Source of the DNA: an uncultured Verrucomicrobiota bacterium
Lineage (GTDB): Bacteria; Verrucomicrobiota; Kiritimatiellia; CAIKKV01; CAITUY01
Length of the DNA stretch: 59,002 nucleotides
NCBI GenBank assembly: GCA_964404035.1
Contig: CAYOIT010000003.1
Span: forward strand, 1 to 59,002
Direction of reading: 5' to 3'
Shown in pieces: positions 18,135-26,836 of this stretch (position 1 is the stretch's first letter; each line of letters begins with the position of its first letter). The notes beneath the pieces are model-generated. The model had not been told where the DNA came from and ran no database searches. It was given only the letters and a program-made list of their open reading frames with translations. The position numbers were made by a program, and so were the translations under genes.

Positions 18135-19527
18135 CCCGTTTTCCTTCCCGCACCTGCGCCACCAGCGCCTGGGTTCGGCTGCGCGCGCTTTCGGACATCT
18201 CGCGCATGAAGGCGTCGATGCAACGCTCGCCGATGGCGCGGGTTTCGGGCGAGGCATAATCCAGGAGATACTCCACGAAGGTGGAGACGGCATTCGGGTC
18301 GCAGTGGGCCTTGATGTCGCCCGGCTTGGCCAGGTCCATGAAATCGGCGCCGGTCCGGCCCAGTCGGTAGCACCCCGTGCAAAAAGACGGGACGTAGCCC
18401 TCCTGGCAGATGGACTGGATGACTTCATCAAGGGACCGGGTGTCACCGAGGGCGAACTGCTGTTCGTCCTCGTGATTGGCCGAGGCTTCGCCGTAGCCGC
18501 CCGGGTTGGTGCGGGACCCGGCGCTGATCTGGGAGACGCCCAGGGCAAAGAGCGCGTTACGCATGTCCGCCTTCTCGCGTGTGCTTAGAATGATCCCCGT
18601 ATAGGGCACCGCGAGACGCAGGATGGCGACCACCCGCTTGAAGTCGTGATCCGAGACCGGGTGCGGTATGGCGAGGGTGGCGGGGGCGTTCTGGGCCGAT
18701 TCGATCCGCGGCACGCTGATGGTGTGCGGTCCGGCGCCGAACGTGCTGTCGAGATGCCGGGCATGCGCGAGCATGGCGAGGACCTCGAAACGAAAATCGT
18801 GGAGCCCCAGGAGGGCCCCGATGCCGACATCGTTGATGCCCGCCTCCATGGCCCGGTCCATGGCATAGAGTCGCCCGCTGTAGTCCGCTTTCGGGCCCGG
18901 GGGATGCATGCGGGCATACGTGTCGCGGTGATAGGATTCCTGGAACAACACGTAAGTGCCGATGCCGGAGTCTTTCAGCCGCCTGAAATCAGGAACGGAG
19001 AGAGGGGCAATTTCGACGTTGATCCGCCGGATCTCGCCCCGGCCGTCCGCTGTCTTCACGGAGTAGGCCACCTCGATCGACTCCAGCAGGTAGTCGAGCG
19101 CCGAGCGCTTGGGGTCCTCACCGGTCAGCATCAGGAGGCGTTTATGGCCCTGGCGTTCCAGCAGTTCGATCTCAACACGAAGTTCATCCATGCTCAGGGC
19201 GCGGCGTTTCATGGACTTATTATCGCGCCGGAAGCCGCAGTAGAGGCAATTGTTGGAGCAGTAGTTGGAGAGATAGACGGGCGCGAACAGAACCAGGCGC
19301 CGCCCGTAAATGGATTGTTTGATACGGCGCGCGGCGTCAAAGAGCCGTTCGGTGGTGGCCGCATCGTCGGCCTGGAGGAGGAGGGCGGCCTCATGAAGCT
19401 CCAGCCCTTTGCCCAACAGGGCCTTGTCGATCACGGCGTTGACCGCCCCGGCGTCCGTCGCTTTGCCTCCGGCCAGCAAGGCGTCGATTCCTGCCTCATC
19501 GATAAAAGTCGTCTTCGTGTCATTCAT
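18121..19527 (-). CDS. hydG: [FeFe]-hydrogenase maturase HydG (radical SAM tyrosine lyase)
   Basis: The track start at 19542 is TTG. I use the ATG at 19527, which is preceded by GGAGAG. Radical SAM motif CSNNCLYC. The C-terminal auxiliary-cluster motif CTGC-x22-C (FCTGCYRLGRTGADFMDLAKPGDIKAHC) distinguishes HydG from ThiH. Confidence 0.8.
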   Translation of the reverse strand: MNDTKTTFIDEAGIDALLAGGKATDAGAVNAVIDKALLGKGLELHEAALLLQADDAATTERLFDAARRIKQSIYGRRLVLFAPVYLSNYCSNNCLYCGFRRDNKSMKRRALSMDELRVEIELLERQGHKRLLMLTGEDPKRSALDYLLESIEVAYSVKTADGRGEIRRINVEIAPLSVPDFRRLKDSGIGTYVLFQESYHRDTYARMHPPGPKADYSGRLYAMDRAMEAGINDVGIGALLGLHDFRFEVLAMLAHARHLDSTFGAGPHTISVPRIESAQNAPATLAIPHPVSDHDFKRVVAILRLAVPYTGIILSTREKADMRNALFALGVSQISAGSRTNPGGYGEASANHEDEQQFALGDTRSLDEVIQSICQEGYVPSFCTGCYRLGRTGADFMDLAKPGDIKAHCDPNAVSTFVEYLLDYASPETRAIGERCIDAFMREMSESARSRTQALVAQVREGKRDVLC

Positions 19528-19548
19528 GGTAGTTCTCTCCAAAAAAGT

Positions 19549-19794
19549 TTAGCGGCAGACCCCGGACTTGACGGACACGCCTTCCAGGGCGCCCAGTCTT
19601 CCCGTGAGTGCGCCCAGTCTATCGGTGGTGGTATCGACCACGAGCGTGATGACGCAGACATTGCGCGAATGATAGGGAATGCCGGTGCGGGCCACGACGA
19701 TCTCGCCGAACTCGGTGAGGATGTCATTCACTTTGACGGCCGACTTGTTACGGTCTTCCACGATGATCCCGACGAATCCCAGTCTATTGTCCAT
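19549..19794 (-). CDS. TM1266-family putative iron-only hydrogenase system regulator (ACT-like, 81 aa)
   Basis: Start re-set to the ATG at 19794: MDNRLGFVGIIVEDRNKSAVKVNDILTEFGEIVVARTGIPYH...GALTGRLGALEGVSVK. This pattern matches the small TM1266-type proteins that accompany hydE/hydG. Lies 21 nt upstream of hydG. Confidence 0.7.
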   Translation of the reverse strand: MDNRLGFVGIIVEDRNKSAVKVNDILTEFGEIVVARTGIPYHSRNVCVITLVVDTTTDRLGALTGRLGALEGVSVKSGVCR

Positions 19795-19960
19795 AACTCG
19801 CTCCCGGTGTTCTGATGCGGGTGCCATACGGCGGGGAGGGTGGACCGGGGCGGGAAGAAGGTGCGCCGGGAGGCCCCGGGCGGAGGTTCTTCGCCGGCCC
19901 TTGAGTTCAGTCACCAACCTTGTCGCAGGCACGACTTGCTTCTCATTGAAAAGCGTTAAA

Positions 19961-19989
19961 ATATTCACACATTATCGCCCGCCTGTCAA
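19961..19989 (-). promoter_or_regulatory. Sigma70-like promoter candidate (TTGACA-17-GAATAT with TGT extension) for the TM1266-hydG-nitroreductase unit
   Basis: Hexamers read on the minus strand inside the only AT-rich patch of the 312-nt divergent spacer. This would give a leader of about 160 nt. Confidence 0.3.
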
Positions 19990-20106
19990 CCCCGCGGATG
20001 GATCCGGCTGTAAGGCGGGCCTTGAATGGTGGCTTGTGTTGGATCCTCCTGATCTGGTTCACTGCTGTGAACCGGCGGTGTTTCCGCCAGGAACAAGGAG
20101 ACTGGA

Positions 20107-20517
20107 ATGATCAAAGGCATTGCCCACGTATGTTTATCGGCGACGGACTTGGCGGCGGTCGAACGTTTTTACTGCAATGGACTGGGACTGAAGAAGGCCT
20201 TTGACTTCATCCGCAACGGCCGGGTGGTCGGGTTTTACCTGCAGGTGTCGGACCATTCCTATGTCGAGGTATTTCAGCACGACGCGATCGATCTCAAGGC
20301 GAAGAGTCCGATCCTCCATTTCTGCCTGGAGGTCGACGACATCGAGGCGGCCGGGCGGCGTCTCACCGAAAACGGCTATGAAGCGACCGCGAAGAAACTG
20401 GGAGCCGATCAAAGCTGGCAGCTGTGGACGGCGGATCCGAGCGGAGTGAGGATTGAGTTCCATCAATACACCGCGCACAGTACCCAGCTCACTCACGCCA
20501 ACTGCATCCTGGAATAG
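20107..20517 (+). CDS. VOC (glyoxalase/bleomycin resistance/dioxygenase) family protein
   Basis: ATG with AAGGAG upstream. 136 aa starting MIKGIAHVCLSATDLAAVERFYCNGLGL, with a second half-domain ILHFCLEVDDIEAAGRRL. Confidence 0.8.
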   Translation: MIKGIAHVCLSATDLAAVERFYCNGLGLKKAFDFIRNGRVVGFYLQVSDHSYVEVFQHDAIDLKAKSPILHFCLEVDDIEAAGRRLTENGYEATAKKLGADQSWQLWTADPSGVRIEFHQYTAHSTQLTHANCILE

Positions 20518-20556
20518 ATGGCCTAATGGGCCATCCATGCCACTGGAGCCCCATCC

Positions 20557-20585
20557 TTGACCCGTCGGGGAGGGTCTTCTAGAGT
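20557..20585 (+). promoter_or_regulatory. Sigma70-like promoter candidate (TTGACC-17-TAGAGT) upstream of the GH29 gene
   Basis: Hexamers with exact 17-nt spacing, 31 nt upstream of the ATG at 20616. Preceded by a small hairpin (GATGGCC-TAATG-GGCCATC) after the VOC stop. Confidence 0.3.
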
Positions 20586-20615
20586 GTCCGCTCAACACCA
20601 AGGCAGGGAGACCGT

Positions 20616-21821
20616 ATGGCAAGGATTGACTGGTTTAACGAAGCGCGCTTCGGCATGTTCATTCACTGGGGTGCTTACAGTGTCGCGGGACGCGGGGAAT
20701 GGGCCTTCAACCGCGAACGAATTCCCAAGGACGAATACGTTGAACGTTATGTCAATGAGTTCCGGGCCGAGCATTATGACCCCTCGGCCTGGGCCGCGCT
20801 GGCGAAGGCGGCCGGCATGGGTTACCTGGTGCTGACGACGCGGCATCATGACGGGTTCGCGTTGTGGAATACGGCGACCAGCGATTTCCATGCAGGGCGG
20901 CTCGGTCCGAAACGGGATCTGGTCGGCCCGTTTGTCGAGGCGGTGCGCGGCGCCGGATTGCGCGTGGGCCTCTATTTTTCCCCGGCCGACTGGAACCATC
21001 CGGACTACCCGGGCGCTTACGAACGGGACTGGCCGACCCTGTGGCGCGACGAGGCGGCGCGCCGGCGCTTTGTTGCCTATTACCAGGCCCAGCTCCGCGA
21101 ACTGCTCACGCGCTACGGCAAGATCGACCTGCTCTGGTATGACGGCTGCATCCCGTTGCCGTTGGAGGGCGAGACCACCAATGCCATGGTACGCGAACTC
21201 CAGCCGGACATCCTGATGAACGACCGGCTCGGAAAGCCCTGCGATTTTGAATGCAGCGAGCAGACGATCAAGCCCAAGGATGGCCCCTGGGAAGCGTGCA
21301 TGACGCTCAATGACAACTGGGGATACCATGCCGGCGATACGGCGTGGAAGCCGCCGGCCGAAGTGGTGCGCCTGCTGCTGACCTGCGGCAAGGATGGCGG
21401 CAACCTGCTGCTGAATGTGGGTCCGCACGGGGATGGCACGATTCCCGAGCCGTCGATCGCGATTCTTCGCGAGGTCGGGGCGTGGGTGCGGCGTAATGGC
21501 GAGTGTCTGCCCCATTCAGGCCGTTCGCCGTTCACCTGGAACACCTCGGGTGTGGTGACCGTTCGCGAGCGGAGTGTGTACCTGCATCTGCTCAAGAGCC
21601 CGGGACCCGAGTTCTGTTGGGGGGAACTGAAGAACCGTGTGCTGAGGGCGACCTTTGTCGCCACAGGAAAGCCGGTGGCGTTCCGTCAGGAAGGCGCTCG
21701 TTTGTTCCTGACCGGCCTGCCGTTCCCGTTGATCGAACCCCTGGCCACGACGATCCGGCTGGAGGTCGAGGGCACGCCGGAACCGATCACGAAGCAAGAG
21801 ACGTTCTGGATTCCCGGGTGA
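20616..21821 (+). CDS. Alpha-L-fucosidase, glycoside hydrolase family 29, cytoplasmic
   Basis: N-terminus WFNEARFGMFIHWGAYSV, then LVLTTRHHDGFALWNT and DLLWYDG. 401 aa, no signal peptide. Confidence 0.9.
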   Translation: MARIDWFNEARFGMFIHWGAYSVAGRGEWAFNRERIPKDEYVERYVNEFRAEHYDPSAWAALAKAAGMGYLVLTTRHHDGFALWNTATSDFHAGRLGPKRDLVGPFVEAVRGAGLRVGLYFSPADWNHPDYPGAYERDWPTLWRDEAARRRFVAYYQAQLRELLTRYGKIDLLWYDGCIPLPLEGETTNAMVRELQPDILMNDRLGKPCDFECSEQTIKPKDGPWEACMTLNDNWGYHAGDTAWKPPAEVVRLLLTCGKDGGNLLLNVGPHGDGTIPEPSIAILREVGAWVRRNGECLPHSGRSPFTWNTSGVVTVRERSVYLHLLKSPGPEFCWGELKNRVLRATFVATGKPVAFRQEGARLFLTGLPFPLIEPLATTIRLEVEGTPEPITKQETFWIPG

Positions 21822-21866
21822 CGAGGCGGCCTTCCGTAAACAGCTCTTTGGGGGTAAGATCAGTAT

Positions 21867-22976
21867 ATGAAAAACAGAACAGGTAGAGTCGCCGTCTTTG
21901 TGAAATCCAAAGCTCCCCTGGCTTTGCGGACCTACCCGGTGCTGCCGCCGGAACGCGATCACGCCCTGCTCAAGCTGGTGATGAGCGGAATCTGCGGAAC
22001 GGATATCCATATTCTCGAAGGACGCCTGCCCATCCCCCCGCCGTTCATTCCCGGCCATGAATTCATAGGCCGGATCGAAGCGTTGGGCCCGGGTGTCAAG
22101 ACCGATGGACTGGGAACGCCCCTGAAGAAAGGTGATGCCGTCATTGCCTGTGTGGCCCTCCCTTGCGGAACCTGTTTCTGTTGTCGCCAGGGCGAAACCG
22201 CCAGCTGCCTCAATTTCGGCGTTTCCAACATCAAGAACCCCGACACGGCGCCGCATTTCTTCGGCGGATTCGGCGAGTACCTTCATCAACCCGCCAAGAC
22301 CCTGGTTAAAATTCCCGATGGTATCGACATTCGCGCCGCCGCCGCGCTTCCCTGCGCGGGGCCCACGATCATTCGCGCCCTTGATTTTGCGGGAAACCTG
22401 CAGAAGAAGGAACTCGTTGTCGTGCAGGGGACCGGTCCCGTGGGCCTCTTTGCCATCGCGTATGCCACCGCCGCCGGTTGCACGGTCATCGCCATCGGAT
22501 CCGGCTCGATTCCCGCCCGGCTCAAGGCCGCCAAAGACCTGGGGGCGCAATGGGTTCTGGACTATCGCAAGGTTCCGGCCGAGAAACGTCTGAAACTGGT
22601 GCAGGACGTCGCCGCCAGGTTGAAGCGAGGCAACGGGGCCGACGTGGTCATTGAGGCCAGCGGGTCCCCCGCCGCGATTCCCGAAGGGATCAACCTCCTG
22701 CGTACTTTGGGCCGTTATGTCGTTCCCGGCCAGTATTCCCTGAGTGGCCCCGTCGCCATCCAGCCCGAATCCATCACCTTCAAAGCCCTGAAGATCATCG
22801 GCAGCGGACAATACAAGATGGCGGATATCCGCACGTATCTGGTCTTTCTCAAGAAGCATCCGTCGATTGCCCGGGCCATCTCGAAACTGGTCAACCCCTT
22901 TCGCCTCAGCCAGGCGGAAAAGGCCATCAAGGCCGTTTCGTCCGGTCGCACCGTCAAAGGCGTTTTTGTGCCGTAA
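21867..22976 (+). CDS. Zn-dependent medium-chain dehydrogenase/reductase (sorbitol/threonine dehydrogenase-like)
   Basis: Motifs: GICGTDIHILEGRL, PGHEFIGRIE, structural-Zn Cys cluster CGTCFCCRQGETASC, and VVQGTGPVGL. Ends 9 nt before the GRE start. Confidence 0.85.
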   Translation: MKNRTGRVAVFVKSKAPLALRTYPVLPPERDHALLKLVMSGICGTDIHILEGRLPIPPPFIPGHEFIGRIEALGPGVKTDGLGTPLKKGDAVIACVALPCGTCFCCRQGETASCLNFGVSNIKNPDTAPHFFGGFGEYLHQPAKTLVKIPDGIDIRAAAALPCAGPTIIRALDFAGNLQKKELVVVQGTGPVGLFAIAYATAAGCTVIAIGSGSIPARLKAAKDLGAQWVLDYRKVPAEKRLKLVQDVAARLKRGNGADVVIEASGSPAAIPEGINLLRTLGRYVVPGQYSLSGPVAIQPESITFKALKIIGSGQYKMADIRTYLVFLKKHPSIARAISKLVNPFRLSQAEKAIKAVSSGRTVKGVFVP

Positions 22977-22985
22977 CTTCCCGCC

Positions 22986-25175
22986 ATGCCAACCACCGTG
23001 ACAACTGCTCCTTGTGCCAGCAAAGCGCTTTCCTGCCAACAGCTCGGAAAGGTCCTGGGCGATTTTGCCCGGGTGATGGTGTGCCCGGCTTCAACCCAGT
23101 GGCGGGCCGACTCCTTCCGCGCGACCGCCAACGAACCGATGACCCTTCGCCGGGCCAAAGCCCTGAAGGCGGTCCTGGATCGCTGTCTTCTGCCGGCCGT
23201 TCCCGGCGAACTCCTCATTGGGGTGGGAAACATCGGGCGACGCCTCCCTTCCGATCCGATCGTCGAGGCCGCCCTTGAGGCCGATCAGCGCTACTTGAGA
23301 GAAAGCATCGGCGCCCGTCATTTCGCGGTGCATTCGGATCATCATGCCCCCGACTATGCCAAGCTGTTGCGGCTCGGGTTTGGCGGACTGAAGGCTGAAG
23401 TGGCCTCCTCCCTGCCCCGGCAGGACGAAACCGGTCGACTTTTTCTCGCCTCCGTGCAGGTGGCGCTCGAGGGTGCCTCCTCCCACATGCGCCGGTGGAG
23501 CCGGCATCTGAAAACGATCGCGCCCGAACACCCGGACCATCAGGATCGGCTCCTGCAGCAGGCCTTGATGATGGATCGGCTCGCGGAAGCGCCGGCGTCG
23601 ACCTTCACTGAAGCCCTCCAACTGACCCTCAGCTATCATTACATGATGCAGTTGGATGGCCGCGAAGCCATGGCCTTTGGCCGGATGGATCAATACCTCC
23701 ATCCCTACTATCTCTCGGACCTCGCCGCGAAGCGCATCACAGACGATGAGGTTCAGGCTCTTTTCGATCACCTCTTCGCCAAGATTACCGTCGATGGCGA
23801 TGTCCAGAATATCGCCCTCGGCGGTGTCAAGCCGGCGGACGGAAGCGACGCCACCAACGAGCTGTCCTTCATGATTCTGGAAGCCTGCAAACGCGTCGGC
23901 CGGGCTGGCGGCAATTGCACCGCGCGGATTCACAAGAACACCCCGTCCGCCTTTCTGGAGAAGTGCGCCGAGGTGATCCGCACCGGGATCGGCTATCCCG
24001 CCGTCTTCAATGATGAGATCGAAATTCCCGCCCTGGTCCGCCAGGGGTATACGCTGGAAGATGCCCGGGACTACTGCTTTGTCGGTTGCATTGAAGTGTT
24101 TATCCAGGGCAAACAGGCTCCGTGGGCCGACAGCCGACTCAACCCCGCTCACAGTCTGAACCTGGCCCTTTTCAACGGGAAGGATACCTTGACCGGTGAA
24201 CAGGCGGGTCCGGCCACCGGTGAGCCGACCGACTTTGAAAGTTTCTTCAAGGCCTTTGTGACGCAGTTGGAGGTCAATCTCGACAAGCACATCACCGACT
24301 GGAACAACACCCAGGCCCACTACGATACCCAGGCCATGAATTTCACCAGTCCGCTCATGAGCGCTCTCGTTGCCGATTGTATCGCCCGCGGGCGGGATAT
24401 GAACGACGGCGGCGCCTGCTATCCCGGGAATTGCGGGTTCGGGGTCATGGGTTTGGCGGTCGTCGCGGATTCATTGGCCGTCCTGAAGCAGTTGGTGTTT
24501 GAGGAGAAGCGGTTCACCCTCGACCAGTTGCGTGCGATGCTGCTGGCCAATTTCGAGGGCTATGAAAAGGAGCGCCAACTGATTCTGCGGGGAGTCCCCA
24601 AATTCGGGAATGACGATGACCGGGTGGATGCCCTGGCCGTTCGCTATGTCCACGAGTATGCGACCCGCTTCGACCGGTATCGCACGCCTCAAGGCGGACA
24701 CTACTGGAGTCTTCTGGGGTCCAATATTTCCAATATCTGGGGTGGCTCGCAAGTCGGTGCGACGCCGGACGGCCGTCTTTCCCGGACCCCGCTTTCGGAT
24801 GCGGCCAGTCCCTATTTCGGCCGGGATATGAAGGGGCCGACCAGCAGCGTGAAGAGTGTGGCCAAGATCCCCTACGAGCTTTGCCTGGGTGGCAATGTGG
24901 TCAATATGAAACTCCACCCCTCTGCCATCCAGGGCCCCCAGGGGTTGAAAGCCCTGACCTCCCTGATTCGCACCTGCTTTGACCTGGGAGGCAGCGAGCT
25001 TCAATTCAACACCACCGACCGCGCGGTGCTGGAAGAGGCCATGAACCGACCCGAAGCGTACGAGAACCTGGTCGTGCGTGTTTCGGGGTTCAGCGCCAAC
25101 TTCATCTGGCTGGAGAAGGCGGTGCAGAAGGACATTCTGGCCCGGACCGAGCATGCCTTGTTCGGCTCGCATTGA
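22986..25175 (+). CDS. Glycyl radical enzyme, PFL2/dehydratase-like (single active-site Cys), unusually short (729 aa)
   Basis: C-terminal glycyl-radical loop LVVRVSGFSANFIWLEKAVQKDILARTEH. Cys loop YCFVGCIEVFIQGK (G-C-x-E, not the Cys-Cys of PFL). ATG start. Confidence 0.8.
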   Translation: MPTTVTTAPCASKALSCQQLGKVLGDFARVMVCPASTQWRADSFRATANEPMTLRRAKALKAVLDRCLLPAVPGELLIGVGNIGRRLPSDPIVEAALEADQRYLRESIGARHFAVHSDHHAPDYAKLLRLGFGGLKAEVASSLPRQDETGRLFLASVQVALEGASSHMRRWSRHLKTIAPEHPDHQDRLLQQALMMDRLAEAPASTFTEALQLTLSYHYMMQLDGREAMAFGRMDQYLHPYYLSDLAAKRITDDEVQALFDHLFAKITVDGDVQNIALGGVKPADGSDATNELSFMILEACKRVGRAGGNCTARIHKNTPSAFLEKCAEVIRTGIGYPAVFNDEIEIPALVRQGYTLEDARDYCFVGCIEVFIQGKQAPWADSRLNPAHSLNLALFNGKDTLTGEQAGPATGEPTDFESFFKAFVTQLEVNLDKHITDWNNTQAHYDTQAMNFTSPLMSALVADCIARGRDMNDGGACYPGNCGFGVMGLAVVADSLAVLKQLVFEEKRFTLDQLRAMLLANFEGYEKERQLILRGVPKFGNDDDRVDALAVRYVHEYATRFDRYRTPQGGHYWSLLGSNISNIWGGSQVGATPDGRLSRTPLSDAASPYFGRDMKGPTSSVKSVAKIPYELCLGGNVVNMKLHPSAIQGPQGLKALTSLIRTCFDLGGSELQFNTTDRAVLEEAMNRPEAYENLVVRVSGFSANFIWLEKAVQKDILARTEHALFGSH

Positions 25176-25231
25176 CATTCGTTCGGTGACGGGACATAAT
25201 GGGTCACCGTTTTCCAATAAAGGACACCGTC

Positions 25232-26068
25232 ATGCACCCGAAGATCAATCACCTTATTCAATTGCAGGAACTTTCCCTGATTCGCGCCGAACAGAAAGCC
25301 CACCGCCATGGTCACCGTCTCGACGAACTCGATGCTTCCATCGCCACCCTGACCGGTGAACTCGCGCCGGATATCCAGGCGCTGGTGAGCCGCATGCAGA
25401 AGCGCGATTCGATCATGATCGTCCCCATGACCAACGGGTTTTGCAATGGATGCGGCATGCGGTTGCCCACCAGTCACGTCCAGGCGGTCAAAGTGTCGGA
25501 TCACATCCAGGTCTGTCCGATCTGCACCCGCATTCTCTACTTTGAAGATGGTCTTCCCCGGAATATCGGCAAAGCCCCGCGCCGGACCGAGCCGCGCAAG
25601 GTGGGGATTGCCCGTTTCTCTTCTCCGACGCTCATGATCCCGAAACTCAAAGCCACCACGCGCGATGAAGTGATTGCCGAAATGGCCGAGAAGATGAAAC
25701 AGGCCGGTTTTGTGGATGATTCTGACAAACTGGTGGACGGGGCGTTGAAGCGCGAGGCGATTGTTGGAACCGCCGTGGACCATGGGATTGCCTTTCCCCA
25801 CGTTCGCGGGGTCGAGGGGGGCGGCCTCACATTGGCTCTGGGCTTGAGTGTCAAGGGAGTCAAGTTCGACGGTCAGGACAAGGCTCTCACGCGCATCGTC
25901 TTCTTTATGGTCATTCCGACCGCTGCCAGCGCCTTCTACCTCAAGCTTCTGGCGGGTCTGGCGGAAACCTTCGCTGATGCCGAAGCCCGCAAAGCGCTCC
26001 TGGCGGAAGAACTTCCCGAGAAACTCTGGAAGACCCTGATCAAGCTCACCAAGAAGACCATTGTCTGA
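25232..26068 (+). CDS. Fusion protein: N-terminal coiled-coil + C4 zinc ribbon, C-terminal PTS EIIA type-2 (PtsN-like) domain
   Basis: Start at the ATG at 25232 (AAAGGA upstream); the in-frame ATG at 25199 is an alternative. Zn ribbon: CNGCGMRL...VCPIC. EIIA-2 strings: ATTRDEVIAEMAEKM, GIAFPHVRG (phosphorylatable His candidate) and IVFFMVIP. Confidence 0.65.
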   Translation: MHPKINHLIQLQELSLIRAEQKAHRHGHRLDELDASIATLTGELAPDIQALVSRMQKRDSIMIVPMTNGFCNGCGMRLPTSHVQAVKVSDHIQVCPICTRILYFEDGLPRNIGKAPRRTEPRKVGIARFSSPTLMIPKLKATTRDEVIAEMAEKMKQAGFVDDSDKLVDGALKREAIVGTAVDHGIAFPHVRGVEGGGLTLALGLSVKGVKFDGQDKALTRIVFFMVIPTAASAFYLKLLAGLAETFADAEARKALLAEELPEKLWKTLIKLTKKTIV

Positions 26069-26154
26069 TCCGCCGCCGTTGTCTCCACCGCCGTGGCACG
26101 GGCCTCTTGCCCGTTGCCGGCTACAGGCGGGCCGCGCCAGCCACGTTCCGCCGG

Positions 26155-26823
26155 TCAGGACGTGCGTTTCTCGAACTGCCGGAGATCTTCCTCACTGCCG
26201 AAGACGACCAGCGTGTCGCCCTCGAGCATGATATGATCGCCTCCCGGCGCGGTGACCGACTGGAGCGCTCCTTTTTCATCTTTGTGCCTGATTTCCAGCA
26301 CCGTGAGTCGATGGGTGTTACGCATCCGGGTTTCGGACAGGGTCTTTCCCACGAAGGATTCAGGGACCTGCAGTTCGATGATGCCGGAGTCCGGGCTAAC
26401 CTGCATGTAGTCGATCACCGTGCGCGCCACAAGGGTACGTGCAAGCCGCATGGCCCGGTCCCGTTCGGGATAGACGATCTTGTCGGCGCCCACGCGTTCC
26501 AGCACTTTGCCGGCGTTATCGGAGGCCGCCTTGGCGACCACCTTCGGGACACGCAGGTCTTTGAGCGCCATCGTGGCCAGGATGCTGGCCTCGAGGTTGG
26601 AGGCCATTGAGACCACCACCACATCGCACTCGCTGAACCCGGCTTCTTCAAGCGCCTGGGGATCGGCGGCGTCACCCTGAACCGCCTTGCTGACGGCGCC
26701 GCTGAGGTGTTTCACAACATCCCGATCACGGTCCATGAACAGGACATCCACGCCCTGCTGAGCCAGACTTTTTGCCAGGCAGGTTCCAAACCGCCCGCCG
26801 CCGATTACACCTATGGTTCTCAT
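26155..26823 (-). CDS. trkA: Trk/Ktr-type K+ uptake system, RCK NAD-binding subunit
   Basis: MRTIGVIGGGRFGTCLAKSLAQQGVDVLFMD (Rossmann GxGxxG). 222 aa with a TrkA-N plus TrkA-C layout. Starts 13 nt after the trkH stop. Confidence 0.85.
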   Translation of the reverse strand: MRTIGVIGGGRFGTCLAKSLAQQGVDVLFMDRDRDVVKHLSGAVSKAVQGDAADPQALEEAGFSECDVVVVSMASNLEASILATMALKDLRVPKVVAKAASDNAGKVLERVGADKIVYPERDRAMRLARTLVARTVIDYMQVSPDSGIIELQVPESFVGKTLSETRMRNTHRLTVLEIRHKDEKGALQSVTAPGGDHIMLEGDTLVVFGSEEDLRQFEKRTS

Positions 26824-26836
26824 TCCATCCTCGCGA

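Noticed and set aside
17577-18548. 323-aa reading of the nitroreductase ORF extending 414 nt into hydG.
   Set aside because: The N-terminal 138 aa are Pro/Ser/Ala/Arg-rich and overlap hydG in another frame. A good ATG with GAAGGA at 18134 gives a normal 185-aa nitroreductase.
19549-19968. 139-aa version of the TM1266-like ORF.
   Set aside because: The N-terminal 58 aa (…RRRTSARGLPAHLLPAPVHPPRRMAPASEH…) are not protein-like and cover the putative leader and promoter. The family is about 80-90 aa, and the ATG at 19794 fits.
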